From assembly GCA_050329585.1 (NCBI GenBank), contig JBHJOR010000008.1, positions 1,481 through 65,480 of the forward strand: a stretch of DNA of 64,000 nucleotides, read 5' to 3'. The first letter of the stretch is position 1, and the number at the start of each line of letters is the position of its first letter. Under the pieces are notes generated by a model. That model did not search any database and was not told the DNA's origin. It saw only the letters and a program-made list of their open reading frames with translations. Position numbers and translations under genes: made by a program. Source of the DNA: Candidatus Methylacidiphilales bacterium (lineage in GTDB: Bacteria > Verrucomicrobiota > Verrucomicrobiia > Methylacidiphilales > JBCBYL01). Shown piece after piece: positions 46,866 through 55,592 of this stretch.

Positions 46866-48929
46866 ATGAATCAGTCCATTGTGCGCGGGGGAACGATACC
46901 GGCTTTTTCTGTGGCATGCGCGGTGCTGATCGTATCGCTCGCGGGTGCCTTTGATGGATTAAACCGCAGTTTTTTCGATTTCGCCCAGCGCCAGCAAGCG
47001 GACCAATTCCACGTTCCAGAGGAGGCGGTGCTGGTACTGATCGATGAACAGGCCATGGATTATATGTCGCAAAACTATAATCAGCGCTGGCCTTGGTCGC
47101 GGGACGCCTTTGCCGCTCTTTTTCTTGCGCTTCATCAGGCGGGAGCTGAGCGGATCGTGGTGGATCTCATGTTTCTGGAGAATTCCAGCAGCGTGGAGTT
47201 GGATGATTTGTTGGGTTCTTATGCGGCTGCGATGGATGGGTTAATTCTAGCGGCTCCGCAGGGTAAACGACCGGTGTTCTGGACGACTGCCTTTTCGCAA
47301 CAGCATCCTTCCCTCAAGATCGAAGAAAGAATCGGTCACGTGGACTATCAACCCGATGCGGATGGAGTCATCAGGAGCTATAAGTGGAAAGGATCCTTGG
47401 CACAGAAAGCCTCTTCGGTAGATCCCGGTAAAGATTCCGTTTTGTTGCGATGGTATGGGGGATTGAGGGAGCTTCCGCCGGCTCAGGTTTTATCGGCACG
47501 CGCGTTTATGGAAAGAGGGTATGGCCCGGAAGGCTGGCTCGCCAGGGTTTCAAAAAGTGGAGTGGATGAATACGATCCTGAACGTTTAAGGAAGGCTCTG
47601 GGAGAACAGCCACTTCCCAATCTGGATGGGGTGTTAAAAGGTAAGACTGTGTTTGTGGGCACCAACGCCGCCGGAACCTTTGATGTCAAAGCGGTTCCGG
47701 TGAGTGATCTGGAGCCGGGAGTGTTGGCTCATTTCACGGCCTGGTGCAACGCCCAACAGAAGGTATTCATTCAAGAATTTGGCCTTTTTGGCCAAAGAAA
47801 TGCAGGCCAATTTTCTTTCAGTGTGTTGGCGGCTTTTGTTCTAGCAATGTCACTGACGGCTTGGGGCTGGAGCCGCGCCGATGTGCGCCTCCTCTCGTGG
47901 CTGACCTTGCTCGGGGTAACGGGACTATTGAGTATTTCGTACTTCCTTTTGCCTTTTTTCTCTTTCCCGCCCTCGACGCCGGTCGCCTCCGTCCTGATGG
48001 TTTTCGGTCTGCTGACCACCCGTCACTGGCTTGAAGAATCCCGTCGCAAAAAAGAAGTGCAGGATCTGTTCGGTTCCTATGTTTCCCCGGCGGTGGTGCA
48101 ACGGTTGGTCGAACATCCCGACTCACTCAAAATGGGGGGCGAAAAAAAAGAACTCTCGGTTTATTTTTCTGATTTAGCCGGATTCACGGACATGAGCGAA
48201 ACCATGCCGCCGGAAGAATTGGTAGATCTGGTTAATTTGTATTTGACCGAAATGTCTGAGTTCATATTGGAAGAACAGGGCTATCTGGATAAGTACATTG
48301 GCGATGCCATCATGGGTGTGTTCGGTGCTCCGGAGGCGTTGGAGAACCACGCGCTTTCCGCCTGCCGGGCGGCGTTGAAAAGTCGCGATCACTTGAAATT
48401 GCTGAATCAACGTATGGGCGTGCAGCACGGAAAAGAGCTTTACGCGCGCATCGGGATTAATACCGGTGAGATGATTGTCGGAAATCTCGGCTCGGTTCGT
48501 AAGCGGAATTATACCGTGGTCGGAGATGCCGTAAACCTGGCTTCCCGTCTGGAGGCGGCTAACAAAGAGTTCGGCACCACGATCCTTTTGGGGATGCGGA
48601 CGGAGGAGTTGGCGCGGGATTGGATTGTGACGCGCCCGGTCGAGCTGCTGCGGGTTAAAGGCAAACAGCAACCGGTTCAGACCTATGAGCTTTTGGCCCT
48701 GAAATCGACAGCGCGTGAGCAGGATCTGGAGCTTTCTGAATGTTTTGTGCGTGGCTATCAGAGCTATCAACAACGCCGCTTCGACCAGGCCTTGCTTGAT
48801 TTTGAGAAAGCTGCTTCAATCAGGGCTGACGATTTCCTGTCAAAGCTTTACGTGGAACGATGCCGCGAGTTGATCCAAAGTCCGCCAGCGGACGACTGGG
48901 ATGGCGTGTTGGTCATGAAGAGGAAGTAA
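46866..48929 (+). CDS. CHASE2 sensor-domain class III adenylate/guanylate cyclase
   Basis: N-terminal TM helix, a periplasmic domain of about 300 aa, three TM helices, then the cyclase core LSVYFSDLAGFTDMSE, GDAIMGVFGAP, RIGINTGEMIVGNLGS and GDAVNLASRLE. Confidence 0.85.
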   Translation: MNQSIVRGGTIPAFSVACAVLIVSLAGAFDGLNRSFFDFAQRQQADQFHVPEEAVLVLIDEQAMDYMSQNYNQRWPWSRDAFAALFLALHQAGAERIVVDLMFLENSSSVELDDLLGSYAAAMDGLILAAPQGKRPVFWTTAFSQQHPSLKIEERIGHVDYQPDADGVIRSYKWKGSLAQKASSVDPGKDSVLLRWYGGLRELPPAQVLSARAFMERGYGPEGWLARVSKSGVDEYDPERLRKALGEQPLPNLDGVLKGKTVFVGTNAAGTFDVKAVPVSDLEPGVLAHFTAWCNAQQKVFIQEFGLFGQRNAGQFSFSVLAAFVLAMSLTAWGWSRADVRLLSWLTLLGVTGLLSISYFLLPFFSFPPSTPVASVLMVFGLLTTRHWLEESRRKKEVQDLFGSYVSPAVVQRLVEHPDSLKMGGEKKELSVYFSDLAGFTDMSETMPPEELVDLVNLYLTEMSEFILEEQGYLDKYIGDAIMGVFGAPEALENHALSACRAALKSRDHLKLLNQRMGVQHGKELYARIGINTGEMIVGNLGSVRKRNYTVVGDAVNLASRLEAANKEFGTTILLGMRTEELARDWIVTRPVELLRVKGKQQPVQTYELLALKSTAREQDLELSECFVRGYQSYQQRRFDQALLDFEKAASIRADDFLSKLYVERCRELIQSPPADDWDGVLVMKRK

Positions 48930-48940
48930 GAAAAAACAAA

Positions 48941-49426
48941 ATGAAAACCAAATCATTGCTTTTAACCTTATTGTTTTGTGGAGCGGGGGTGCTGGCTGCT
49001 ATGGAAGTGGGAAAGACCTACTTTTCCAAACAAGCTTCGACGCCGCTGCTTTCTGCGTCCAACCGCAGTGCTGCCCCGGTAGGAAGTGTGGAGTGGGGTA
49101 AGCCGCTGAAAGTGATTGCGGTGGACGGTCGCTGGCTTCAGGTTGCCTCCGGTAATCTTAAGGGTTGGGTTTATTCCGGGAATGTGACCAGTGAAAAGCC
49201 TCCGGCAGAAAATAAAAACGATTTTCTGCCCACCACGGCGGCCGATACATCGGCGGCGGTGGCGGCGCGACCACTCAGTGAATCTTCCAAGGACTATGCG
49301 AATCGAAAAAGCATGGGTGAGGCCGCAGCAGATATTGAATGGGCCGAGCGTCAAGCGGATGCGGTGATTAAGGCTCAGGTCGATGCCTATATGCGGGGCA
49401 AAGCTCTAGGAGAATACGGAAAATGA
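48941..49426 (+). CDS. secreted SH3b-domain protein
   Basis: ORF trimmed to MKTKSLLLTLLFCGAGVLAA. Bacterial SH3-like stretch GKPLKVIAVDGRWLQVASGNLKGWVYSGNV. Confidence 0.6.
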   Translation: MKTKSLLLTLLFCGAGVLAAMEVGKTYFSKQASTPLLSASNRSAAPVGSVEWGKPLKVIAVDGRWLQVASGNLKGWVYSGNVTSEKPPAENKNDFLPTTAADTSAAVAARPLSESSKDYANRKSMGEAAADIEWAERQADAVIKAQVDAYMRGKALGEYGK

Positions 49427-50178
49427 AAAACATTATCTGGTTAGCGTTCGGAATTTGGATGGCCGGAAGTGTCCATGCTCAGTTCGGTCTGGATAGGCTG
49501 GATCCCTACAAGATGGCGGAAGGTGCAGTCAAAGTAACCAAGGGTGCCGGTGGTGTCGGGATCCAGGAGGAAATGAGCATCGGGGGCTCCGTTGCGGTGG
49601 AGATCGCGGCAATGCATGGCGGAATTTGGAAAAATGAAGAAGCCACACGCCGCCTCAACCTGATCGGAAAGTCACTGGCTCGTTATTCAGACCGGCCGAC
49701 ATTGCCTTTCCGTTTTGCTATTCTCGAGAGTGAAACTGTTAATGGTTTTTCAGCTCCCGGGGGATATGTTTTCATCACCAAGGGTGCTTACCAAGCGGCG
49801 GAGAGCGATGATCAACTGGCGGGCATTCTGGCCCATGAGATCGCTCACGTCACCCGGCGTCATGCCTTGAGAATCATATCCCGCAGTGAGATGATTTCTG
49901 GCTTGGCCGATGTGGCGGCGGGAACAAGCGGGGACTATGCCCAGTATGACTTCGGCGTGGACAAAGTTTCCAATACTTTGCTTAAAACCGGTTACGATTC
50001 CGGTACCGAGTATGATGCCGACCGCATGGGGCGGGAATTAGCTGCCAACACCGGTTATGACCGTGATGGACTCCTGAAGTTTCTGCAAAAACTAGAGGCG
50101 ATGGGCCTGGGTGAACGGGGAGCCTTCTCTACGCATCCGCCCTTGAAAGAGCGCATTCGACGTTTAGGCGGAAGTTAA
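49423..50178 (+). CDS. M48-family zinc metallopeptidase, secreted
   Basis: Signal peptide. HEIAHV zinc motif in LAGILAHEIAHVTRRHA. 4-nt overlap with the SH3 gene. Confidence 0.8.
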   Translation: MKNIIWLAFGIWMAGSVHAQFGLDRLDPYKMAEGAVKVTKGAGGVGIQEEMSIGGSVAVEIAAMHGGIWKNEEATRRLNLIGKSLARYSDRPTLPFRFAILESETVNGFSAPGGYVFITKGAYQAAESDDQLAGILAHEIAHVTRRHALRIISRSEMISGLADVAAGTSGDYAQYDFGVDKVSNTLLKTGYDSGTEYDADRMGRELAANTGYDRDGLLKFLQKLEAMGLGERGAFSTHPPLKERIRRLGGS

Positions 50179-50200
50179 TACCGATCAGGTTGAATCTTGA

Positions 50201-50223
50201 CATGGCCAACTAAGTTGGCCATG
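50201..50223. promoter_or_regulatory. perfect inverted repeat (10-bp arms, 3-bp spacer) in the TA promoter region, operator candidate
   Basis: CATGGCCAAC-TAA-GTTGGCCATG overlaps TTGACA (50197..50202) and ends 8 nt before ATG 50232. Confidence 0.45.
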
Positions 50224-50231
50224 TTGTAAGC

Positions 50232-50483
50232 ATGTCCTCTATGACCGTAGCTGAATTCAAAGACAAGCTTTCCGAGGCTTTGTCACGGGTTGAATCCGGC
50301 GAAGAGATTACCATCTATCGCCGCCAACATCCCATTGCTTTGCTGCGCGCGATCAGCAAAACATCTACGCCACAGAGTTGGTCGGAAGTCAAAGGCTGGC
50401 TGGACAATAATGAAGTCGACGAATTGGAAAAAAGTACGCGCAGGCTACGAACGTTCTCTGCACGGAATCCCTTTCAGTCCTAG
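50232..50483 (+). CDS. type II antitoxin, Phd/YefM-like
   Basis: 83 aa. MTVAEFKDKLSEALSRVESGEEITIYRRQHPIALL fits the Phd/YefM N-terminal fold pattern. Confidence 0.75.
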   Translation: MSSMTVAEFKDKLSEALSRVESGEEITIYRRQHPIALLRAISKTSTPQSWSEVKGWLDNNEVDELEKSTRRLRTFSARNPFQS

Positions 50484-50505
50484 TTCTACACCATTTAATC
50501 TGCGG

Positions 50506-50910
50506 ATGTTCCTCCTCGACACCAACATCCTTAGCGAAATGGTTCGAAAGAAACCCAATGCTAAGGTGAGAAACCAGTTGATCCATACTTCCGTCGAAGA
50601 CTGTTATTCTAGTGTTATCAGCCGCTACGAGTTACGTTATGGGGCTCTTCTTCGTGAGGATGGGCCTTTGTTCTGGAAAAAACTTCAATCTGAAATTTTG
50701 AGTTTGCCTACGTGGCTCCCCGTATCGGTGCCGGTGGCTGATTGTGCGGCCTCACTAGCGGCGGAACTGGAGCGTAAAGGACAACATCTGGACACCCATG
50801 ATTTGCTCATCGCGGCCACAGCCATGGAACACAATCTGACCCTGATCACACGAAACACGAAGCACTTCCAACGAGTTACCAGTCTTCGACTAGAAAACTG
50901 GTTTGTTTAA
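50506..50910 (+). CDS. vapC: PIN-domain toxin VapC/FitB-like
   Basis: ORF 50290..50910 trimmed to MFLLDTNILSE. DLLIAATA and ITRNTKHF are typical C-terminal PIN motifs. Confidence 0.8.
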   Translation: MFLLDTNILSEMVRKKPNAKVRNQLIHTSVEDCYSSVISRYELRYGALLREDGPLFWKKLQSEILSLPTWLPVSVPVADCAASLAAELERKGQHLDTHDLLIAATAMEHNLTLITRNTKHFQRVTSLRLENWFV

Positions 50911-50915
50911 CCGGC

Positions 50916-51278
50916 TCATTTTTCTGTTGTAGAAGGCAGAAGTGTGCGGTGGTGGGTGATATCAAGGTAGAGATTATAGAGGGCGATGACCATGGGAAAG
51001 AGGTTGGAGAGGATTCCGATGGAGTCGTTTTTTCCGAAAACGAAATAGCTGAGTAGCAGCACGCTGCCACTGAGGCTCATATACCAGAAGAGGCGAGGAA
51101 CCACGGGGCGGCGATGACGTCGGGAAGCGATGACTTGAACGACCCAGCGGCCAGTGAAGAGGAGCATCCCGAAGAGTCCAATGATTTTACCTGAATCCAC
51201 CTGCACGGTGAAAAGCCCGAAGTCGAGCGTGGTGAGGTGGATGTTATACCAGGCGGTGAGGTGTTGGTAAAAGTTCAT
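50916..51278 (-). CDS. lipid-A-disaccharide synthase N-terminal (LAB_N) domain membrane protein
   Basis: 120 aa. GRWVVQVIASRRHRRPVVPRLFWYMSLSGSVLLLSYF matches the LAB_N repeat pattern. 4-nt overlap with the GT2 gene. Confidence 0.65.
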   Translation of the reverse strand: MNFYQHLTAWYNIHLTTLDFGLFTVQVDSGKIIGLFGMLLFTGRWVVQVIASRRHRRPVVPRLFWYMSLSGSVLLLSYFVFGKNDSIGILSNLFPMVIALYNLYLDITHHRTLLPSTTEK

Positions 51279-51979
51279 GGTTTAGTAAGGGGTGTGGGAT
51301 GGGAAGAATCAGAAGGCCAGAAGATCTGACGGCGCAGCAGCCAGGCCACGCCAAAGAGGTCGCGCACTCCGCGGAGGGCACGACCGGTGATGGTGTATTT
51401 GGATTGGCCCGCCATCCGTGGACGGTGGTTAACGGGTTCTTCGGCAATGCGGAGGCCGGCATTTTTTAAGAAGGCGGGGAGGAAGCGGTGCAGACCGTTG
51501 AAGGGAATGAGGTAGCGGACGTGTTCACGACGCATGATTTTTAAGCTGCATCCAGTGTCGCGCACGCCGTCTTGAAGTACGAGGCGGCGGATGTGGTTGG
51601 CGGTGCGGGAGGCGAGGCGGCGGGAGAGTGTGTCACGGCGCTGGAGACGGTATCCGCAAACAAGATCGGCGTGGTCGAGGCTCTTCAGCAGGTGGGGAAT
51701 GTCATGGGGGTCATTCTGGCCATCGCCATCGAGCATAATACAGATATCGCCGGTGGCGGCAGTGAGACCGTGATAGAGTGCGGCGCTCTGGCCGAGATTG
51801 TGGGGGTGGGAGATGAGGCGGACGGATGGCACAGAGGTGATGGCTGCTGCCGTGCCATCGGTGCTACCGTCGTCGACGGCGATGATTTCGGCATCTGGCA
51901 AGACAGAGAGGATTTCTATCAAAACCGCATGTGCGTTTTCTTCTTCGTTGTAGAATGGAATGATGACCGAATAGTTCAC
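51275..51979 (-). CDS. family 2 glycosyltransferase, polyprenyl-phosphate sugar transferase-like
   Basis: GTG start. Motifs SVIIPFYNEEEN, IAVDDGSTDGT and LDGDGQNDP (DxD). Confidence 0.85.
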   Translation of the reverse strand: MNYSVIIPFYNEEENAHAVLIEILSVLPDAEIIAVDDGSTDGTAAAITSVPSVRLISHPHNLGQSAALYHGLTAATGDICIMLDGDGQNDPHDIPHLLKSLDHADLVCGYRLQRRDTLSRRLASRTANHIRRLVLQDGVRDTGCSLKIMRREHVRYLIPFNGLHRFLPAFLKNAGLRIAEEPVNHRPRMAGQSKYTITGRALRGVRDLFGVAWLLRRQIFWPSDSSHPTPLTKP

Positions 51980-52108
51980 AAAGGGAAAACGTATAGGTGA
52001 CGGGGGTGAAAGCGGAAGCAGGAAATAAACCGAGGGGGGAGGTGGAGGGGCTGGCGAGGGGCTTAATGGTTAGGGCTGGTCAGAAAGAGGGCAGTTGGGT
52101 TATTCTAT

Positions 52109-53719
52109 TTGATTATGAAAGGCAAGGGTTTTGATGACGTGACACATCTGCAAGCCGAAGTAATGCGGCTTCAGCTTCAGGTGGATCATCTCATGGACAA
52201 GGTGGCGGAGCATGAGCAAACGGTAGACATTTATCAATTGATCACCCGCCACGTAGGGGATTTACTGGCGATCGTGGATCCGGAAGGACGCCGCATCTGG
52301 AATAACAGGGCGTATCGTGAGACGTTAGGATACAGCCCGGAAGAGTTGGCCCGCACCGATTCGTTTGTAGAAATTCATCCGGAGGATCGCGCTAAAGTGA
52401 AGCATGTCTTTGAGGAGAGCCTGCGTAGTGGTGCAGGTGGTGAGATGCGTTATCGGATGAAACACAAGGCGGGTCACTGGGTGCCTTTAGAATCCAAGGC
52501 GCAAGTGGTGCGTAACGAAGATGGCTCGGCACGTGCGGTGGTCATTGTAGCACGCGACATCGCAGATCGCATCCGGAGTGAAGATGAGCAGGTTAAATTG
52601 CAGAAAATGGATTCCTTGGCGGCGTTTTCCCAAAAGGTGGCGGAGCAATTCAATCAGTATATTTCAGTGATCGTAGCCAAAGTTAGCCTGGTGCGTAAGG
52701 GGTTACCGATCGATTCGGTGTCAACGATGCATCTCGTGGAAGTGATGAAGGTAGCCGATCAGGCGCAACGTTTAGTGCGGGAAATGCTGTCGATATCCAA
52801 GGGCTCGGAGACGTCGCATGACAAAGTAGATTTGCGGGAGTTACTGGCATCGTGTGTGGGCAATTCGGTGCCTATGGGTTTGGGCATTAAGCTGCAGCAA
52901 CAGCTTTCTCCCCATGAAGTATGGATTTCGGCCTCGGCTTCTACTTTGGGGGAGGCACTGGCTCAACTTATAAAGAATGCGGTGGAATCAATGCCTAAAG
53001 GTGGGGTGTTGCAAATCTCTCTGGTGGTCGATAAACGGAACCGCGACTCGGCCAATTTGCAGGCAGGAACCTATGCATGTATCCGGATAAGAGATCAAGG
53101 GATCGGCATTCCTACACATATTAAGAAGCGTATCTTTGAACCGTATTACAGCACTAAAGAAGGGCATCAGGGTTTGGGGTTGTCCTCGGCGTTAGCGGCA
53201 GTGAGCGAACATGGCGGACGTATTGAGGTGGAATCCAAGCCGAGGGTAGGAACCGAGGTAACCATCTACTTACCGGTCATGGGAACTGAGCCCGCTGTGT
53301 TGAAGGAAAAACCCGTTTTGACAGGGGAACCTAAGATGGCCGCACGCAGGGTGTTGATTTTAGATGATGAGGCGTTTGTGCGGGAATTTAGCGTGGCCAT
53401 GTTCCAGCAACTTGGTTTTCAAGTAACGGCGGTCGAGAGTGAAGAAGAACTAATGACTGAATTTAAAGATGCCCAACGTCGAAGGGAGGCTTACCAACTG
53501 GTGATTGCCGACATGATTTCTCCGGATGGAGAAGGTGGGGAAAAGATAGCGGTGCGGGTGCGTTCGATATCGCCATTTACCAAATTACTGGCGGTAAGCG
53601 GCCAAACAGATCACCATGTTTTATTGGATCCTAATAACTATGGATTCCATGCTGCTATGGCCAAACCGTACCGTCTTCAGCGTATTCGCGAAGTATTGGC
53701 CGAGTTGTTTCCGAGTTGA
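52109..53719 (+). CDS. hybrid sensor histidine kinase (coiled coil-PAS-HisKA-like-HATPase-REC)
   Basis: PAS stretch IVDPEGRRIWNNRAYRETLGYSPEEL. HATPase motifs IKNAVESMPKGG, IRDQGIGIP and GLGLSS. C-terminal receiver VLILDDE. Start is TTG 52109 or ATG 52115. Confidence 0.85.
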   Translation: MIMKGKGFDDVTHLQAEVMRLQLQVDHLMDKVAEHEQTVDIYQLITRHVGDLLAIVDPEGRRIWNNRAYRETLGYSPEELARTDSFVEIHPEDRAKVKHVFEESLRSGAGGEMRYRMKHKAGHWVPLESKAQVVRNEDGSARAVVIVARDIADRIRSEDEQVKLQKMDSLAAFSQKVAEQFNQYISVIVAKVSLVRKGLPIDSVSTMHLVEVMKVADQAQRLVREMLSISKGSETSHDKVDLRELLASCVGNSVPMGLGIKLQQQLSPHEVWISASASTLGEALAQLIKNAVESMPKGGVLQISLVVDKRNRDSANLQAGTYACIRIRDQGIGIPTHIKKRIFEPYYSTKEGHQGLGLSSALAAVSEHGGRIEVESKPRVGTEVTIYLPVMGTEPAVLKEKPVLTGEPKMAARRVLILDDEAFVREFSVAMFQQLGFQVTAVESEEELMTEFKDAQRRREAYQLVIADMISPDGEGGEKIAVRVRSISPFTKLLAVSGQTDHHVLLDPNNYGFHAAMAKPYRLQRIREVLAELFPS

Positions 53720-53734
53720 GGGGAGATCGGAAAG

Positions 53735-54421
53735 ATGCCCAAAGTCAAAGGCCCGGATATGATGGTGTTGGAGGCGGACTCGTTATTGGCGAGTCCCTGG
53801 CTGCCCACTTCGAGAGTGATGGAGCCCTACGATTGGCAGGACGTTTTCGGTAACGGTCATCCCGTGGAAATCGATTTGGGAAGCGGTGACGGTGGATTTA
53901 TTCTAGACCGGGCGAGGCGTCATCCACAGCGTAATTTCCTAGCGGTGGAGCGTCTGCTCGGAAGGGCGCGCAAAATCACTAAACGGATTGTTAGAGATGA
54001 TCTGAGAAACCTGAAGGTTTTGCGGCTGGAGTCATTTTATGTGGTGAAGTGGCTTTGTCCGCCGGATTCTTTGGATGTAGTGCACATCATGTTTCCCGAT
54101 CCCTGGCCGAAAAAAAGGCATCATAAGAGAAGGTTGATCCAACCGCATCTGCTTTCCGCCCTGGGTATCGCCTTGTCTTCAAGAGGGACGGTGCGTTTCA
54201 GCACGGATCATGAAGAATACAGCGAATGGGCACGTGCGGTTTGGCAGGGAAGTGCGGACTGGAAGGAATTGCCGATGTGGGATTTTGAGGAGGATGCTCC
54301 CAGTGAATTTCAGCTTTTATGGCAGAGTGAGGGCAAGTTAACTCACCGGCTACATTATCAAATCAACAGCAGTCGAGTCTTAGATGCGACTCAATCGCAA
54401 ACTAACATTAATTCTACTTAA
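53735..54421 (+). CDS. trmB: tRNA (guanine-N7)-methyltransferase
   Basis: Motifs EIDLGSGDGGF and FPDPWPKKRHHKRRL. Confidence 0.85.
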   Translation: MPKVKGPDMMVLEADSLLASPWLPTSRVMEPYDWQDVFGNGHPVEIDLGSGDGGFILDRARRHPQRNFLAVERLLGRARKITKRIVRDDLRNLKVLRLESFYVVKWLCPPDSLDVVHIMFPDPWPKKRHHKRRLIQPHLLSALGIALSSRGTVRFSTDHEEYSEWARAVWQGSADWKELPMWDFEEDAPSEFQLLWQSEGKLTHRLHYQINSSRVLDATQSQTNINST

Positions 54422-54469
54422 TTTCGAGGATTGGCTTGCAGTCCGAACCTTCGTTAGTACAGTATCGAT

Positions 54470-54994
54470 ATGTCTGGATCGGGAGAACTCTCCTACAACT
54501 CTAAAGTCGAAGGAAATGTGGTTTTAACCACCGTGGAATCTTCGATCAACTGGATGCGTAAAAACTCATTATGGCCCATGCCTATGGGCTTAGCCTGTTG
54601 TGCGATTGAATTGATGGCATCGGCCTCATCGCGTTATGACATCGCGCGGTTTGGAGCTGAAGTGATGCGGTTTTCTCCGCGGCAGGCCGATCTGATGGTT
54701 GTAGCGGGAACCGTGACCTACAAAATGGCGTTGGCTTTAAGGCGGATTTACGATCAGATGCCGGATCCTAAGTGGGTAATCGCCATGGGTGCTTGTGCGA
54801 GCACAGGCGGGATGTATCGCAGTTACGCCGTGCTTCAGGGCGTGGATCATATTGTTCCGGTGGACGTCTATGTTTCAGGCTGCCCACCACGTCCGGAGGC
54901 CTTGCTGGAGGCGTTAATGCAGCTACAAAACAAAATTGGCGGGGAAACCTCTCTTCGCACGCTGAAGCAGGCGGAAGAGCCGCTGGCAATTTGA
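54470..54994 (+). CDS. nuoB: NADH-quinone oxidoreductase subunit B
   Basis: Motifs [25 protein letters not shown] and [10 protein letters not shown]. Confidence 0.92.
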   Translation: MSGSGELSYNSKVEGNVVLTTVESSINWMRKNSLWPMPMGLACCAIELMASASSRYDIARFGAEVMRFSPRQADLMVVAGTVTYKMALALRRIYDQMPDPKWVIAMGACASTGGMYRSYAVLQGVDHIVPVDVYVSGCPPRPEALLEALMQLQNKIGGETSLRTLKQAEEPLAI

Positions 54995-55007
54995 GAAGGG
55001 TATCCCG

Positions 55008-55589
55008 ATGTCTTTTTTTGAATCATTAAGTCAGCAGATTCCCGCAGACATTATGTCTGGGGTGAAAATACAACCGCTCTTCCGCGGTGAGACGACCTGG
55101 GTCGTTGAAGCAGACCAACTCCATGGGCTGATGTTAGAACTTAAGAAGGCGGGCTTTGATTATTTAGTGGATGTATCGAGCGTGGATCATTTTGGGGAGC
55201 ATCCTCGATTTGAAATGGTGTATGAGCTGTTCGGTTACGGTCATGAACAGCATCTGCGAATCAAGTGTCGTATCTCTGAAGATGACCCGCACATCGCTAC
55301 AGTTTCGGATCTGTGGGCAACCGCGAATTGGCATGAGCGAGAGGTTTATGACATGATGGGAATCCGTTTTGACGGCCACCCGGATTTGCGGCGCATTTTG
55401 ATGTGGGATGGCTATCCCTATTTTCCGTTGCGCAAGGATTTCCCTTTGGAAGGCAAAGAAACCCAGATGCCGGACATCGCCTTCACACGTCCGGCGCCGT
55501 TGGAAGGTGGGCCTTTTGTTACCTCACCCAGTGCCACCAAGGCCTATGACCGGGAACCCAGAGCCAAAGATTTTGCGCAAAGGAATTAA
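55008..55589 (+). CDS. nuoC: NADH-quinone oxidoreductase subunit C
   Basis: WATANWHEREVYDMMGIRFDGHPDLRRIL is the hallmark motif. Confidence 0.9.
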   Translation: MSFFESLSQQIPADIMSGVKIQPLFRGETTWVVEADQLHGLMLELKKAGFDYLVDVSSVDHFGEHPRFEMVYELFGYGHEQHLRIKCRISEDDPHIATVSDLWATANWHEREVYDMMGIRFDGHPDLRRILMWDGYPYFPLRKDFPLEGKETQMPDIAFTRPAPLEGGPFVTSPSATKAYDREPRAKDFAQRN

Positions 55590-55592
55590 ATC

